This document shows positions 11,552 through 20,000 of a DNA stretch of 20,000 bases, in pieces. Under the pieces are notes generated by a model. That model ran no database searches. It was not told the DNA's origin and saw only the letters and a list, made by a program, of their open reading frames with translations. The stretch is from Vermamoeba vermiformis (Eukaryota): the NCBI GenBank assembly GCA_045837725.1, contig JBEWZL010000239.1, forward strand, positions 729,052-749,051, in the 5' to 3' direction. Position 1 is the first letter of the stretch, and every line of letters starts with the position of its first letter. Both the position numbers and the translations under genes were made by a program.

Positions 11552-13036
11552 ATGAAAGTAGCATATTTGCTTTTGATCCTTGCCTCGATCTGCCACAGTT
11601 ACCATGCCCGCTGGTTCGGTAAGTCTCTTGTAATAATATAATACACCGTAATTAGTGGAAATAATTCTCCTCATTTGTTTCAGATCAAGTCACAAACTTT
11701 CAGTCCGGATTGCCTTCCAAAAATTTGAGAGACGTGTCTTTTACAGCCTTCAATCAAGAGTGGAAAATCAGATTATGGCCCAATACTCACTTCCACCGTA
11801 GCAGCGAAAGCGCCTCAGCCCCGATCTCGACTTACTGGATCGGTACCGTACTGAGCACTCGAGGAAGCGACTGCAGCGTCACATTAGAAGCAGATGGCTC
11901 CATATTTTCAGCTCATATCTTATTTCCTAATGGAAGACAATTTCGTATAACAAGAGTCGCAGATTTTGTCGAAAAACACGGCGAGCTTCAAAAAGAAGTG
12001 CTGACCCAACTTAAGAACGAAGATCTGATAATTTTTGACGTCAACAGACGACAAGGACACGTAAAGAGACAATCGCCGAGTAAGTACTTTGAAATGGCTA
12101 TTTTCCCGTGCCTTTACTAAAATAATCGTTGTAGCGCGCGAAAATGACGGAATCGAAGTACGTGGCATTGAACTGCCTCGTGAAATACCCACTACTCCGT
12201 CAACTATCTCTATTAACGACACTCTGCCCGCTCCTCGCTGGAATCAAAGCCTCATCTTGTACGTGGATCAAGCAATGATCGACAGTCACGGAAGCTTCGA
12301 TAAAGCCGCTCAAATCACGCTTAGCGCAATGAATGACGTAAACTTGATTATGCGACATAACGGCCTCCGCGAATGGACCGTCAAAACTGAAGTACGACAA
12401 GCAGCTGATGGTGTTGTGACGAGCACTAACACTTTGCGCGACGTCCTTGATCAGTAAGTTATTTAACAAAAATTATCGTGCCTGAGAGTCTAATGAGTTT
12501 ATTTTATTAGGTTCAAGAGCGCGAGAAGCCAAGAGATGCAAGAGTCCGATCCCGATTGCTCGCTGTTAGTTACTGGTCGCGATGATCTCAAGACGGGTAC
12601 GATTGGCTGGGCGTTCGTTGGTACGACTTGCATGAAGTGGACAACTCAACAACAGACTCGCGATGATTGGAAAGACGTGGCATCACTCTGCAGTGCCGTC
12701 GTTAGTGACATTGGATTGCATCTCTATTCAATTATCACTCACGAGCTTGGTCATGTGCTTGGTTCTCGCCATATTGAAGACGCATCGGATGATATTATGC
12801 ATCCTGAAGTACCCCTGGTAGATCTTGCTGCTACTCGCTTCACATGTGCTTCAAAATCTTCACTTGTTGCTGATTGCTCTGGCAATGTCAAATACACTTG
12901 TGATCCTACTGCTCCTTTCAATGAGAATGATCCTGCCTTCAACAATCCACAGTTGTACATGTTACTTGGTGCTGGATCCATTTCATCCCCATTCAGCTGG
13001 TTGACTGCTGTAGTATGCTTTCTGTTCTTAGTTTAA
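11552..13036 (+). CDS. Secreted reprolysin/ADAM-like (M12B) zinc metalloprotease, probably GPI-anchored
   Basis: Signal peptide MKVAYLLLILASICHS, prodomain-like segment ending HVKR, GWAFVGTTC, metzincin motif HELGHVLGSRH, Met-turn DIMHP and hydrophobic tail SPFSWLTAVVCFLFLV*. Introns are 11619-11683, 12080-12134 and 12454-12510. Confidence 0.88.
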
Positions 13037-13745
13037 CTTAATTTATTTGTAAATGTTGTACATACTGTAATTACTGTAAATAATTGGAGATTTAATGCAA
13101 AACCCTTGCCATAACTTGCTGGATAAAACAATAGTAAGTTTCACACCAATGGAGATAAATATTTTCTTGCCATTTCTCCTTGGAATAATCTGGCACAAGC
13201 TCATGTTTTATTAAAGATTTCCTCAGAATCTGCAACCCCCTCCTCTTGAAGTTTTGGTTGCTGTTCATTAAGTGCAGTGTTGATATCATTAAAGTCCAGT
13301 TGGTTGTTCCAGCACCTACAGGGTCCTGGACAGAATTTGAAGCAATATATTCTTTCTTAAGCTTGAGATAGCAAGCACTTGAACCATCTTGACTGAAGTA
13401 TCTTTGCTTAATTAAATCATTATTAGTAAGTGTAAATTGATATTTCTAAGCTGTAATTGAATGATAATTGTTGGTAGATCCAGAGCCTGTCAATCCATCT
13501 TTTCACCACTACTTGCCAGCAACCTATAATGCAACAATGGCAGTGCCAAAACAAGAGATTACAGGACAAAGAAGCAACCCAAAAAGTTGATTCTGATGAC
13601 ACACCTGGAGCCAGTTGAACCTGGTTTTGATTTTAGATATTTATTGGAAGACAATAACACATGTTCTAAACCTGCAGTACCTTTGATTATTTAAGTATAG
13701 ATATTGAGCAGAGTAGATCTGGATATTTCACCACAATAACCACAA

Positions 13746-14398
13746 ATGCCTGTTTTTTCAGCCATTGTGTTGTGTAGTGGTACACACTCTGGAGCAATCT
13801 GGTATGCATACCAAATTTCCATTTTTAGTCAAGTACATGTTGCAAGTAAGGTTTGGTTTGGTTTGGAGAGTTCGGTGCCCTTCAATCAACTAGTTTTAAA
13901 GAAATCATTAAAGAGTAGTGAGCACTACGAGATAGAAAAGGCTGTGTATACAAAGATCCACCAGTTGGCCATGGAGTAAGTGTAGAAATTGATATATCCC
14001 CTCAATAATGATTTTTTAGCGACCTGAAAAGACATTTTCCAGAGCCAATTGGTTTTAATGACAAAGAGCACTGCATATTTGTTGGGTTTGAATCACCCAC
14101 CACCATTTTTACAGCGTTAAAAGCAAAATCACTGGCCCCTTTTGCCAAAGGGTTAATTGCTCAGTTCTCAAAAGTATTGTGATACATGCACATCTGCATG
14201 GATGTACCTTGGGAATATTCTTTACAGAACCTTCTCCTCAGTCACAAATTCTATCATTCAGAAGTTGATGGAAAAGTGATCTGAGCCCCTCTGCTCATCT
14301 TCATTGATTTCACCTCCAAGCAAGATAATGGTAATATAAACTATTTTAAACTCTTATTTGCAGTGCAAAGTATGATCAATCAGGGGCCACCTTATTAA
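13746..14398 (+). pseudogene. Decayed protein-kinase-like gene
   Basis: After intron 13976-14019 one frame reads LVLKKS...YEIEKAVY...FPEPIGF...VL*YMH...EYSLQNLLL...VI*APLLIFIDF. This gives a beta3 Lys, alphaC Glu, D/ExxxxN loop and DF motif in kinase order. There are two in-frame TGA codons (14180, 14282). The 5' end is uncertain. Confidence 0.45.
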
Positions 14399-14462
14399 GA
14401 GCAACTAAAAAGGTTCTAGAAGGTTTGTGCATTGTCACCTACAGGTTGCATTAGGGTTAGGA

Positions 14463-14953
14463 TTAGGATGCTAGTACCTGGAGTGTGGCATTTACTAATT
14501 CTATCTTGTGAGTTGACATCGGAGCGTTGCTTCTTGCATAAAGATCTTTCAAAGCCCTATGAAGAAGGTTGTTTGCTGCAAAATAGGTCATTTTACATCA
14601 GGGCTATGTGTTCTATTTTACCTAACAATGGTTGTGTCATCCGCTGTAAGAACTTCTCTCTTAACGTAACAATATTGTTGCCAACCAGGAAGAAGGAAGC
14701 AAAATCTGACAATTGAAGGGTTTTATGAGGGCCTTTGTCTGCTAGATGGCAGATGCAGTTCACCAAGAGATCTTGAAGTGGAATTGAAAAACACTCCCTA
14801 AACTTTGTTAATTGTGGAAGCCAATAGCATTTAGTTATAGTTACCACTTGAAAAAATGCCTCAAAAGACCCTGGTTCAAATTAGATATGGGCTGTTTTTT
14901 TTGGTCCACGTAGAGTTCATGGTTGGACCCTATTATCAGTTGCTGATTTCCCT
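14463..14953 (-). CDS. Small unknown protein, three exons, start not identified (possibly TE cargo or a remnant)
   Basis: Introns 14844-14798 and 14621-14576 join an open frame ...QGLLRHFFKWECFSIPLQDLL...TQPLLANNLLHRALKDLY...LQVLAS*. No family was recognised. Confidence 0.4.
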
Positions 14954-15034
14954 CTGTTGAAGAGAAATAAAGAATTTACGAGGGAAAAAGGTAATTCAAT
15001 GTATTTATTTTTAACGAAATCAAGGAATGACTTG

Positions 15035-15628
15035 TTATTTGAACTTTTTGAGCAGATCAGGGCAGTCTAATGCCTCTTCAGGTAACCATTCATTGTACTG
15101 ATTACTCCAACCAGACCACTTCACTAGATATTCATCACCATGAACTCCTCTACGTTTGTCTACTAAATCTTCTACCTCATATTCTTCAGTTGATTTTACC
15201 TCTGCTGCTTTATACTTGACTTTTCCAGTTTGCAAATCTCCAGCAATAAATTTGTTGTGACATTGATCAAAATTCCATGCTAAGCATTCTGAACAGAAGC
15301 ATGGTCTCTTTTGATGTTTGATTGTTCCAATCTTGTTCCGAAAAGATGAAATCATAGGAAGCCTTGATGCCTTTTAAAGGAGTGCAGTCATCTTCTTCAT
15401 CATCAGAATCATACTCAACCAAAAAAGTGGGGCCACCTGGAACAGTATCAAAGTGATCTGCAAGCTCTTGGGCATTATTGATGTGAGCATCATCTTATAA
15501 AGTGAATTAGCTCTGGTAAATTAAGGAGTAACTTACTATCTAGTAAAAATAACCTAGTATTGGATTTCAAAGTTGCACCTCTGCCATCACAAGAACCTTT
15601 TCTATGGTATGCAGGATCTACAGCCCAT
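15035..15628 (-). mobile_element. 3' remnant of a Sola2-like DDD transposase fused to a C-terminal chromodomain (frameshifted)
   Basis: The frame reads WAVDPAYHRKGSCDGRGATLK, matching the HGK..DG.G...K motif with G>R. After intron 15536-15494 it reads INNAQEL...PLKGIKASYDFIF, then a frameshift near 15330, then KRPCFCSEC...C.N and the chromodomain YEVEDLVDKR...EYLVKWSGWSNQYNEWLPEEALDCPDLLKKF*. Confidence 0.7.
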
Positions 15629-15670
15629 CTGGGTAGGAGAAAGTTGACCAGCTAAAATGGTCGTTTATTG

Positions 15671-16008
15671 ACATATGTTATTACAAGCATATGACATTGG
15701 GTAAATTGAAAGAACAACATAGGCTATTTAGCTAATAGCATATGCTATTTACAGCCAAGTACACCCTTTTGGCTGGCCCAGGACAAGGATTTCAGGGAAA
15801 AAATGTACTGCCCCTCTGCTTGTTTTTAGCATTGTGATTCATTACACACTCACAAAAGCATATGCTCTGAAAAACGTCCACATGAAAAATAGCATATGCT
15901 GTTGCATCCGCTCCGCTGATGTTTGCTGCCCTGGTCCATTTTTTGTTGTTTTCTTCTTTTTCAATGTATTCATATATGTAAGTGGGCTTGCCCATATAGG
16001 GCTAGCCC
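15671..16008. repeat. Cluster of AGCATATGCT/CATATG palindromes plus a GGGCT(T/A)GCCC doublet
   Basis: AATAGCATATGCTATT at 15734-15749; AGCATATGCT at 15857 and 15891; partial copies at about 15671 and 15686; GGGCTTGCCC-ATATA-GGGCTAGCCC at about 15984-16008. Confidence 0.7.
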
Positions 16009-16095
16009 TGTCACCCCCCCTCAAAAAAATAAAGAATATTCTACCCGATCATTTTTTACTTAAGCAAAATTTTACTTTGGAAAATTATCCACAGG

Positions 16096-16210
16096 AAAAA
16101 AGAAGTCTCACCCTGAGTGACTCTCAAAAAAACAAAGTCCTGCAGGTCGTCTCCACACGGAGACGATCTCATAAAAAAACAAAGTCCTAGTAGGTCGTCT
16201 CCACGTGCCC
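16096..16210 (+). repeat. Short array of A7CAAAGTCC motifs separated by hairpin spacers
   Basis: AAAAAAACAAAGTCC occurs at 16126-16140 and 16173-16187 (period 47), with a degenerate copy near 16096. The spacer contains the hairpin TCGTCTCC-ACAC-GGAGACGA. Confidence 0.75.
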
Positions 16211-16274
16211 TAAAAGAGGCTTCAACGCGCTCCATAATAATTCCACTATTTTTACGCCCTCTCTCTTATTAATA

Positions 16275-18131
16275 ATGGATCGAAATTCCCGAAAGGCGAA
16301 GGATTCGATCAAAAAGAAGGTAAAATTATTTTCGCCTTTAGCCCGCTTTCTCAACCAATTCCCGGCCATTATAATATTATAAATTTTAATTATATTGCAT
16401 ATTTATTGCTGTACTAATTTTTACTTTAGGAGAAAAAGAAACAACTTAATCCGGATGTGATCGAGGACGTAAGAACTTACGTGGAATTCTTAGTTCTTGC
16501 CCGTAATCGATCCACGCCGAGTAGAACGGTCAACGAGTACATGCAGAAGCTTTTCAAGTCCTTGCCGTACTATGCACCGTTTTGTCACCGAGCGGATTTC
16601 GTTTTTTTCTACGTGGTGTTCGACTTCCACGGGATGCTTCCCCCAACCCCTGAAGCTACCATGGCGTATCCAAAGTGGCTCAAATCCTACCGGCAATTGG
16701 TCGCCGAAGGCCTTGGTACCGTCGTTGGAGCGAATCCGGTGTGGCAAGGCTTCATGGAGCTCATGCAGCGATTCCCGAAGCTCCTAGCGTCTGCGCAACA
16801 AAATATCTGCATGCCAAACGTCACGAAGAGCATCGTCAACAACATCGCAACGTCAACCATTCACGAAGAGTGTGCCAAACTTTGGTGCGCGATGCGGTAC
16901 AACCCGAAGTACTGGGTTTCGCTGGAGCGTTTAAACGAGCTCCTCAAAGAAATTGGCTGTGCCGAGTGCCAATACGACGTGCCCTTCTTCTCCCAATGCA
17001 TCTCTGCGGAAACACCGATAGTGCGAGTCCCGGCGGCCAACAGGAATCCAACGTGCGCCAACAGTCTACGGTTATAGGAACTGCGACTGTCCCCGAGCAA
17101 AACAAACACCTGGAAATCGATTTTATCCCTGGCTGTAATGGAGTTGGCTACGATTGGTTCCATCTTCCCTCCTTCTTAGCACGACATCCCGTTCACAACA
17201 AAAATAAGAGGAGTGGAGAAAGCCTGCCGCAGCCCGATACTAAGCGGCGACGTACCGAGACATCACCTACAGAAGTTGGCGGTGATGGCTCAAGCGCAGA
17301 CAACGAATCCAGTCATTCTGCGATCGAGCTCGATTTGTTCGCCTTACCAGCATCGCCGATTCAAAGTCCAGGATTTGTTAATGATGAAATACCGGTAAGT
17401 ATTCCTCACTGGCTTTGATCCTTGGCTGACATTCTTCAACAGACTTCCCCGAGCAACCCTGCTTCGCCGATCCAACTCACTTCGCCGATCCAACTCACAG
17501 ACACCATTGCTACCGTCACGAATCCTGCTAAACCGCCGCTTCCCCACGCAATACAGCTCAAAGGTAATGCTTCTATTTATTACTGAACCTACTAACGCCA
17601 AGTTCAGTCACTGCGCGAGTCCAATTTTCGTTGGTGCACGGCCTTTGCTTAGTAGGCAAACCTCTCCTATTTCAGGATGCGCAGGGCGATCGATTTTGTC
17701 ATTTACAAGCTGAAGATTGCGTTATTAGTCTCTCCGAGCTTGGTACAATCAACCTTGTCGACCAACTTGCTTGCCGAGAATTCTCTTTTGTCCGCGTGAA
17801 GTTGGCCCCGACGGGTTTGTCCATGACTAACCATGCCGTACAATTGTAAGTATTATATTGAAATATTCGATGATAAAATGCTAACAGTACTGCTAGCATT
17901 CAACGTTTGCGGGTCCTTTACTTCGAGGATGTGGATCCGGAATTAGTTGCTAAGTTATGTCCTGTACTTTACCCTTCGCTCCGCTCATTGACGGTCAAGG
18001 GCATAGTACAGCCACTGGCGGCCTACGCATTTCCCTCCTTCAAGTGGCGCAACTTGCAATTTTATATATACTTGGGGTTGACGGATGTTTGGGTTATGGA
18101 AAAAATACTAAGTCGAACGGCCAATGCATGA
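16275..18131 (+). CDS. Orphan protein of about 519 aa, 6 exons; Lys-rich N-terminus, KRRR NLS-like motif, Ser/Pro-rich linker, weak LRR-like C-terminus
   Basis: Exons 16275-16319, 16430-17020, 17065-17394, 17443-17563, 17608-17845 and 17897-18131 total 1560 nt in one open frame. Intron 17021-17064 is the least certain. An 18-bp duplication encodes SPIQLT twice near 17462-17497. Confidence 0.65.
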
Positions 18132-18158
18132 AATATCCTCTGGACAACACCAGAGGCA

Positions 18159-18480
18159 TTACCTTCAAGGCAACAACGTGGGAATTCGTTACCTTCAAGG
18201 CGACGACGTCCAAAGTCAGGGAGGTCGTTACCTTCAAGGCGACAACATCCAAAGTTGGGTAGGTCGTTACCCTCAAGGCGACAACGTCCAAAGTCAGGTA
18301 GGTCGTTACCTTCAAGGCGACGACGTCCAAAGTCAGGGAGGTCGTTACCTTCAAGGCGACAACATCCAAAGTTGGGTAGGTCGTTACCTTCAAGGCGACA
18401 ACATCCAAAGTTGGGTAGGTCGTTACCCTCAAGGCGACAACGTCCAAAGTCAGGGAGGTCGTTACCTTCAAGGCGACAAC
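18159..18480. repeat. 39-bp tandem repeat with an internal hairpin
   Basis: The core TTACC(T/C)TCAAGGC(G/A)AC(A/G)AC starts at 18159, 18189, 18228, 18267, 18306, 18345, 18384, 18423 and 18462. The unit is GTCGTTACCTTCAAGGCGACGACGTCCAAAGTCAGGGAG. Confidence 0.97.
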
Positions 18481-18787
18481 TATAGTAGGCTTCTGGGTTA
18501 TAAAAACCCCCTGGTTATAGAGTTTAAAGTCCCTTCAAACTGTTTTTTTGTCGAACTTTTTTGCACAGATTTTAGAAATTGATAGTAGCTAAGAACAAGA
18601 AGAGCATATCATAAGCGCTTATATTGTACTAAAAACATAGATAAATGGCAAAGTTACAAAGAAATAGCAGAGGTACATTGAAAATATTTTTATTTACTTT
18701 TGTACAATTAATTACAAGGCTGGGAGAGGTGAAAGTATAACAGGCAACTGGTGCGGCTTGATCCAAGAGGACTTAAAAAGTTACAAG

Positions 18788-19233
18788 AAAAAACCTAAGT
18801 CCACAAAGGGTTAGAAAAAAAACAAAGTCCAAGAAGGGCCAGTATCACCTGAAACCGACCCTCAAAAAAACCTAAGTCCAAACAAGGGGCGGTATCGCGT
18901 CAAACCGCCCCCTAAAAATTACTAAGTCCAAACAAGGGGCGGTATCACGTGAAACCGACCCCTAAAAAAAACTAAGTCCAAGAAGTGAACTGAAAAAAAA
19001 CTAAGTCCAGCAAGGGCCGGTATCACGTGAAACCGCCCCCTGAAAATTACTAAGTCCAAAAGCAAACCGAAAAAAAACAAAGTCCAAAAAGGCCGGTTTC
19101 ACGAGAAACCGCCCCTGGAAAAAAACAAAGTCCAAAAACCCCGGTTTCTCGTGAAACCGACCCTGCCAAAAAACAATGTCCTAGCAAAGGGTAGGTTCCA
19201 TGAGGAACCGGGGGTTGAAAAAAAACTAAGTCC
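18788..19233 (+). repeat. Array of 11 A-tract-C(T/A)AAGTCC motifs, with palindromic spacers in 7 of 10 intervals
   Basis: Motifs end at 18802, 18830, 18879, 18929, 18979, 19008, 19057, 19085, 19133, 19181 and 19233. The long spacers carry GGG(G/C)CGGT(A/T)TCACGTGAAACCG(A/C)CCC-type inverted repeats. Confidence 0.95.
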
Positions 19234-19383
19234 AAGAACTCCTGGATGCAGCAGTAACTGACCCAAGAAGTTGGATAAAAATTACAATAAATTCAAGCTT
19301 AGAAAATAACAGCAAGGGAAATTAAATTAACAGGAGAAAACATAATTAGCAGCTGCACTTGAAAATAAAAATAATTAACTTAC

Positions 19384-19970
19384 CATCCAACCATGGCTAG
19401 TCACACCAACTCTTGGAAATGCACAGACAGGCATAGCATAGGGCCAACTGGGAGTGTAGTGAAACACTCAACCATTGGCACTACACTATGCTCCTCTGTG
19501 CCGAGGAGTTGTGGTGCGCGAGTGCTGCGAGGAAGAAGATTGGAACCAAAGATTTTTTGTTGTTGTGAAATAAAGTTACCAAAAAAACTTTTTGACCAAT
19601 CAAACAGAGTTATCTGGAAATTTCAACAGGTAGAGTTGGCGAACTCCTCCCTATGCATTCAAATTGGGTCTACACCCTGAACTCAAGTTATGGGCAAAAT
19701 GGGGCTGTTGCTGGCAACAACAGAACCTGGGTGTCTGGATCTGAGAAAGTGAAGCAGATCTGGTTGCAAATACCACTTGACAACAACCACAGTAAGGTAA
19801 AACATGTGCAGGTCAATGCACATTAAAGTCTGACTCCTTGCAAGAAAGATAAGACCTGTTATTGATGAAATTTCCCAGCAAGAGCTCCCGTGGGAGGTAA
19901 TAAAATTGATAAATTCCTCCCCGGGGAGGAGCGAAAAGGAAGGAGAACTTTCGAGGGGCTGAAATTTCAC
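19384..19970 (-). pseudogene. Possible decayed coding sequence of unknown family
   Basis: One minus frame runs about 195 codons interrupted only by TGA (19683, 19659, 19623, 19401) and ends at a GTAAGT donor-like site at 19383. No motif was recognised. Confidence 0.3.
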
Positions 19971-20000
19971 CCTGTTAATAAAATTGATAAACGAGCTCCC
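19882..20000. repeat. Start of another motif-plus-palindrome repeat, truncated by the window end
   Basis: TAATAAAATTGATAAA occurs at about 19898 and 19976, and GAGCTCCC at about 19882 and 19993. Hairpins are CTCCC-GT-GGGAG and TCCTCCCCGGGGAGGA. Confidence 0.6.

Noticed and set aside
13198-13420. Cys-rich minus-strand fragment (YCFKFCPGPCRCWN) resembling a CXC-type zinc cluster
   Set aside because: It is short and interrupted by a stop, and I could not build a consistent gene model.
14451-14468. Telomere-like TTAGGGTTAGGATTAGGA
   Set aside because: There is only one perfect and two degenerate units, which is too short to call an interstitial telomere.
18094-18582. Repeat-protein ORFs 18124-18582, 18094-18471, 18255-18485 and 17957-18262
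   Set aside because: The 39-bp unit is a multiple of 3 and stop-free in several frames on both strands, so the openness is an artefact of the repeat.
18936-19165. Bacterial parS sites (TGTTTCACGTGAAACA-like)
   Set aside because: The cores resemble parS, but the outer bases are G/C and several copies deviate. No ParA/ParB gene is in the window and the DNA is intron-rich eukaryotic, so I treat it as coincidence unless a ParB-like gene is found nearby.
18788-19233. CRISPR array
   Set aside because: The spacers are homologous to each other and palindromic, fall into two length classes, and the repeat is only ~16 bp and A-rich. There are no cas genes and the context is eukaryotic.
13746-19970. 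Alternative genetic code or selenocysteine explaining in-frame TGA
   Set aside because: TGA terminates intact genes here (11090, 18131). In-frame TGAs occur only in CpG-depleted decayed DNA, which fits deamination.
15793-19974. CAGGG...CCCTG terminal inverted repeats (15793 paired with 16010 or 19974)
   Set aside because: The similarity is only weak and gapped, and there is no matching target-site duplication.

Overview
This is compact, intron-rich eukaryotic genomic DNA: most introns are 43-60 bp GT-AG with CTAAC/CTAAT-like branch sites, and many intergenic gaps are under 250 bp. The organism cannot be identified from sequence alone. Bases 1-13036 are an ordinary gene-dense block containing the 3' part of a ChAPs (exomer adaptor)-like gene, an F-box/beta-propeller gene, a Der/EngA GTPase with a probable mitochondrial presequence, a phospholipase B1-like SGNH hydrolase, a divergent DGAT1/ACAT-type MBOAT acyltransferase, a cationic amino-acid (APC/CAT) transporter and a secreted, probably GPI-anchored reprolysin-type metalloprotease. 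From about 12840 the DNA becomes strongly CpG-depleted and holds decayed genes: a kinase-like pseudogene and a frameshifted Sola2-like DDD transposase remnant fused to a chromodomain. Inside this region sits an intact-looking, CpG-rich orphan gene (about 519 aa). It is flanked on both sides by same-orientation A-tract/AAGTCC motif arrays interleaved with palindromes, and followed by a 39-bp hairpin tandem repeat. This repeat/orphan-gene/transposase module is the most unusual part of the window. Gene models and family calls were made by eye from translation and motif recall, not from database searches.
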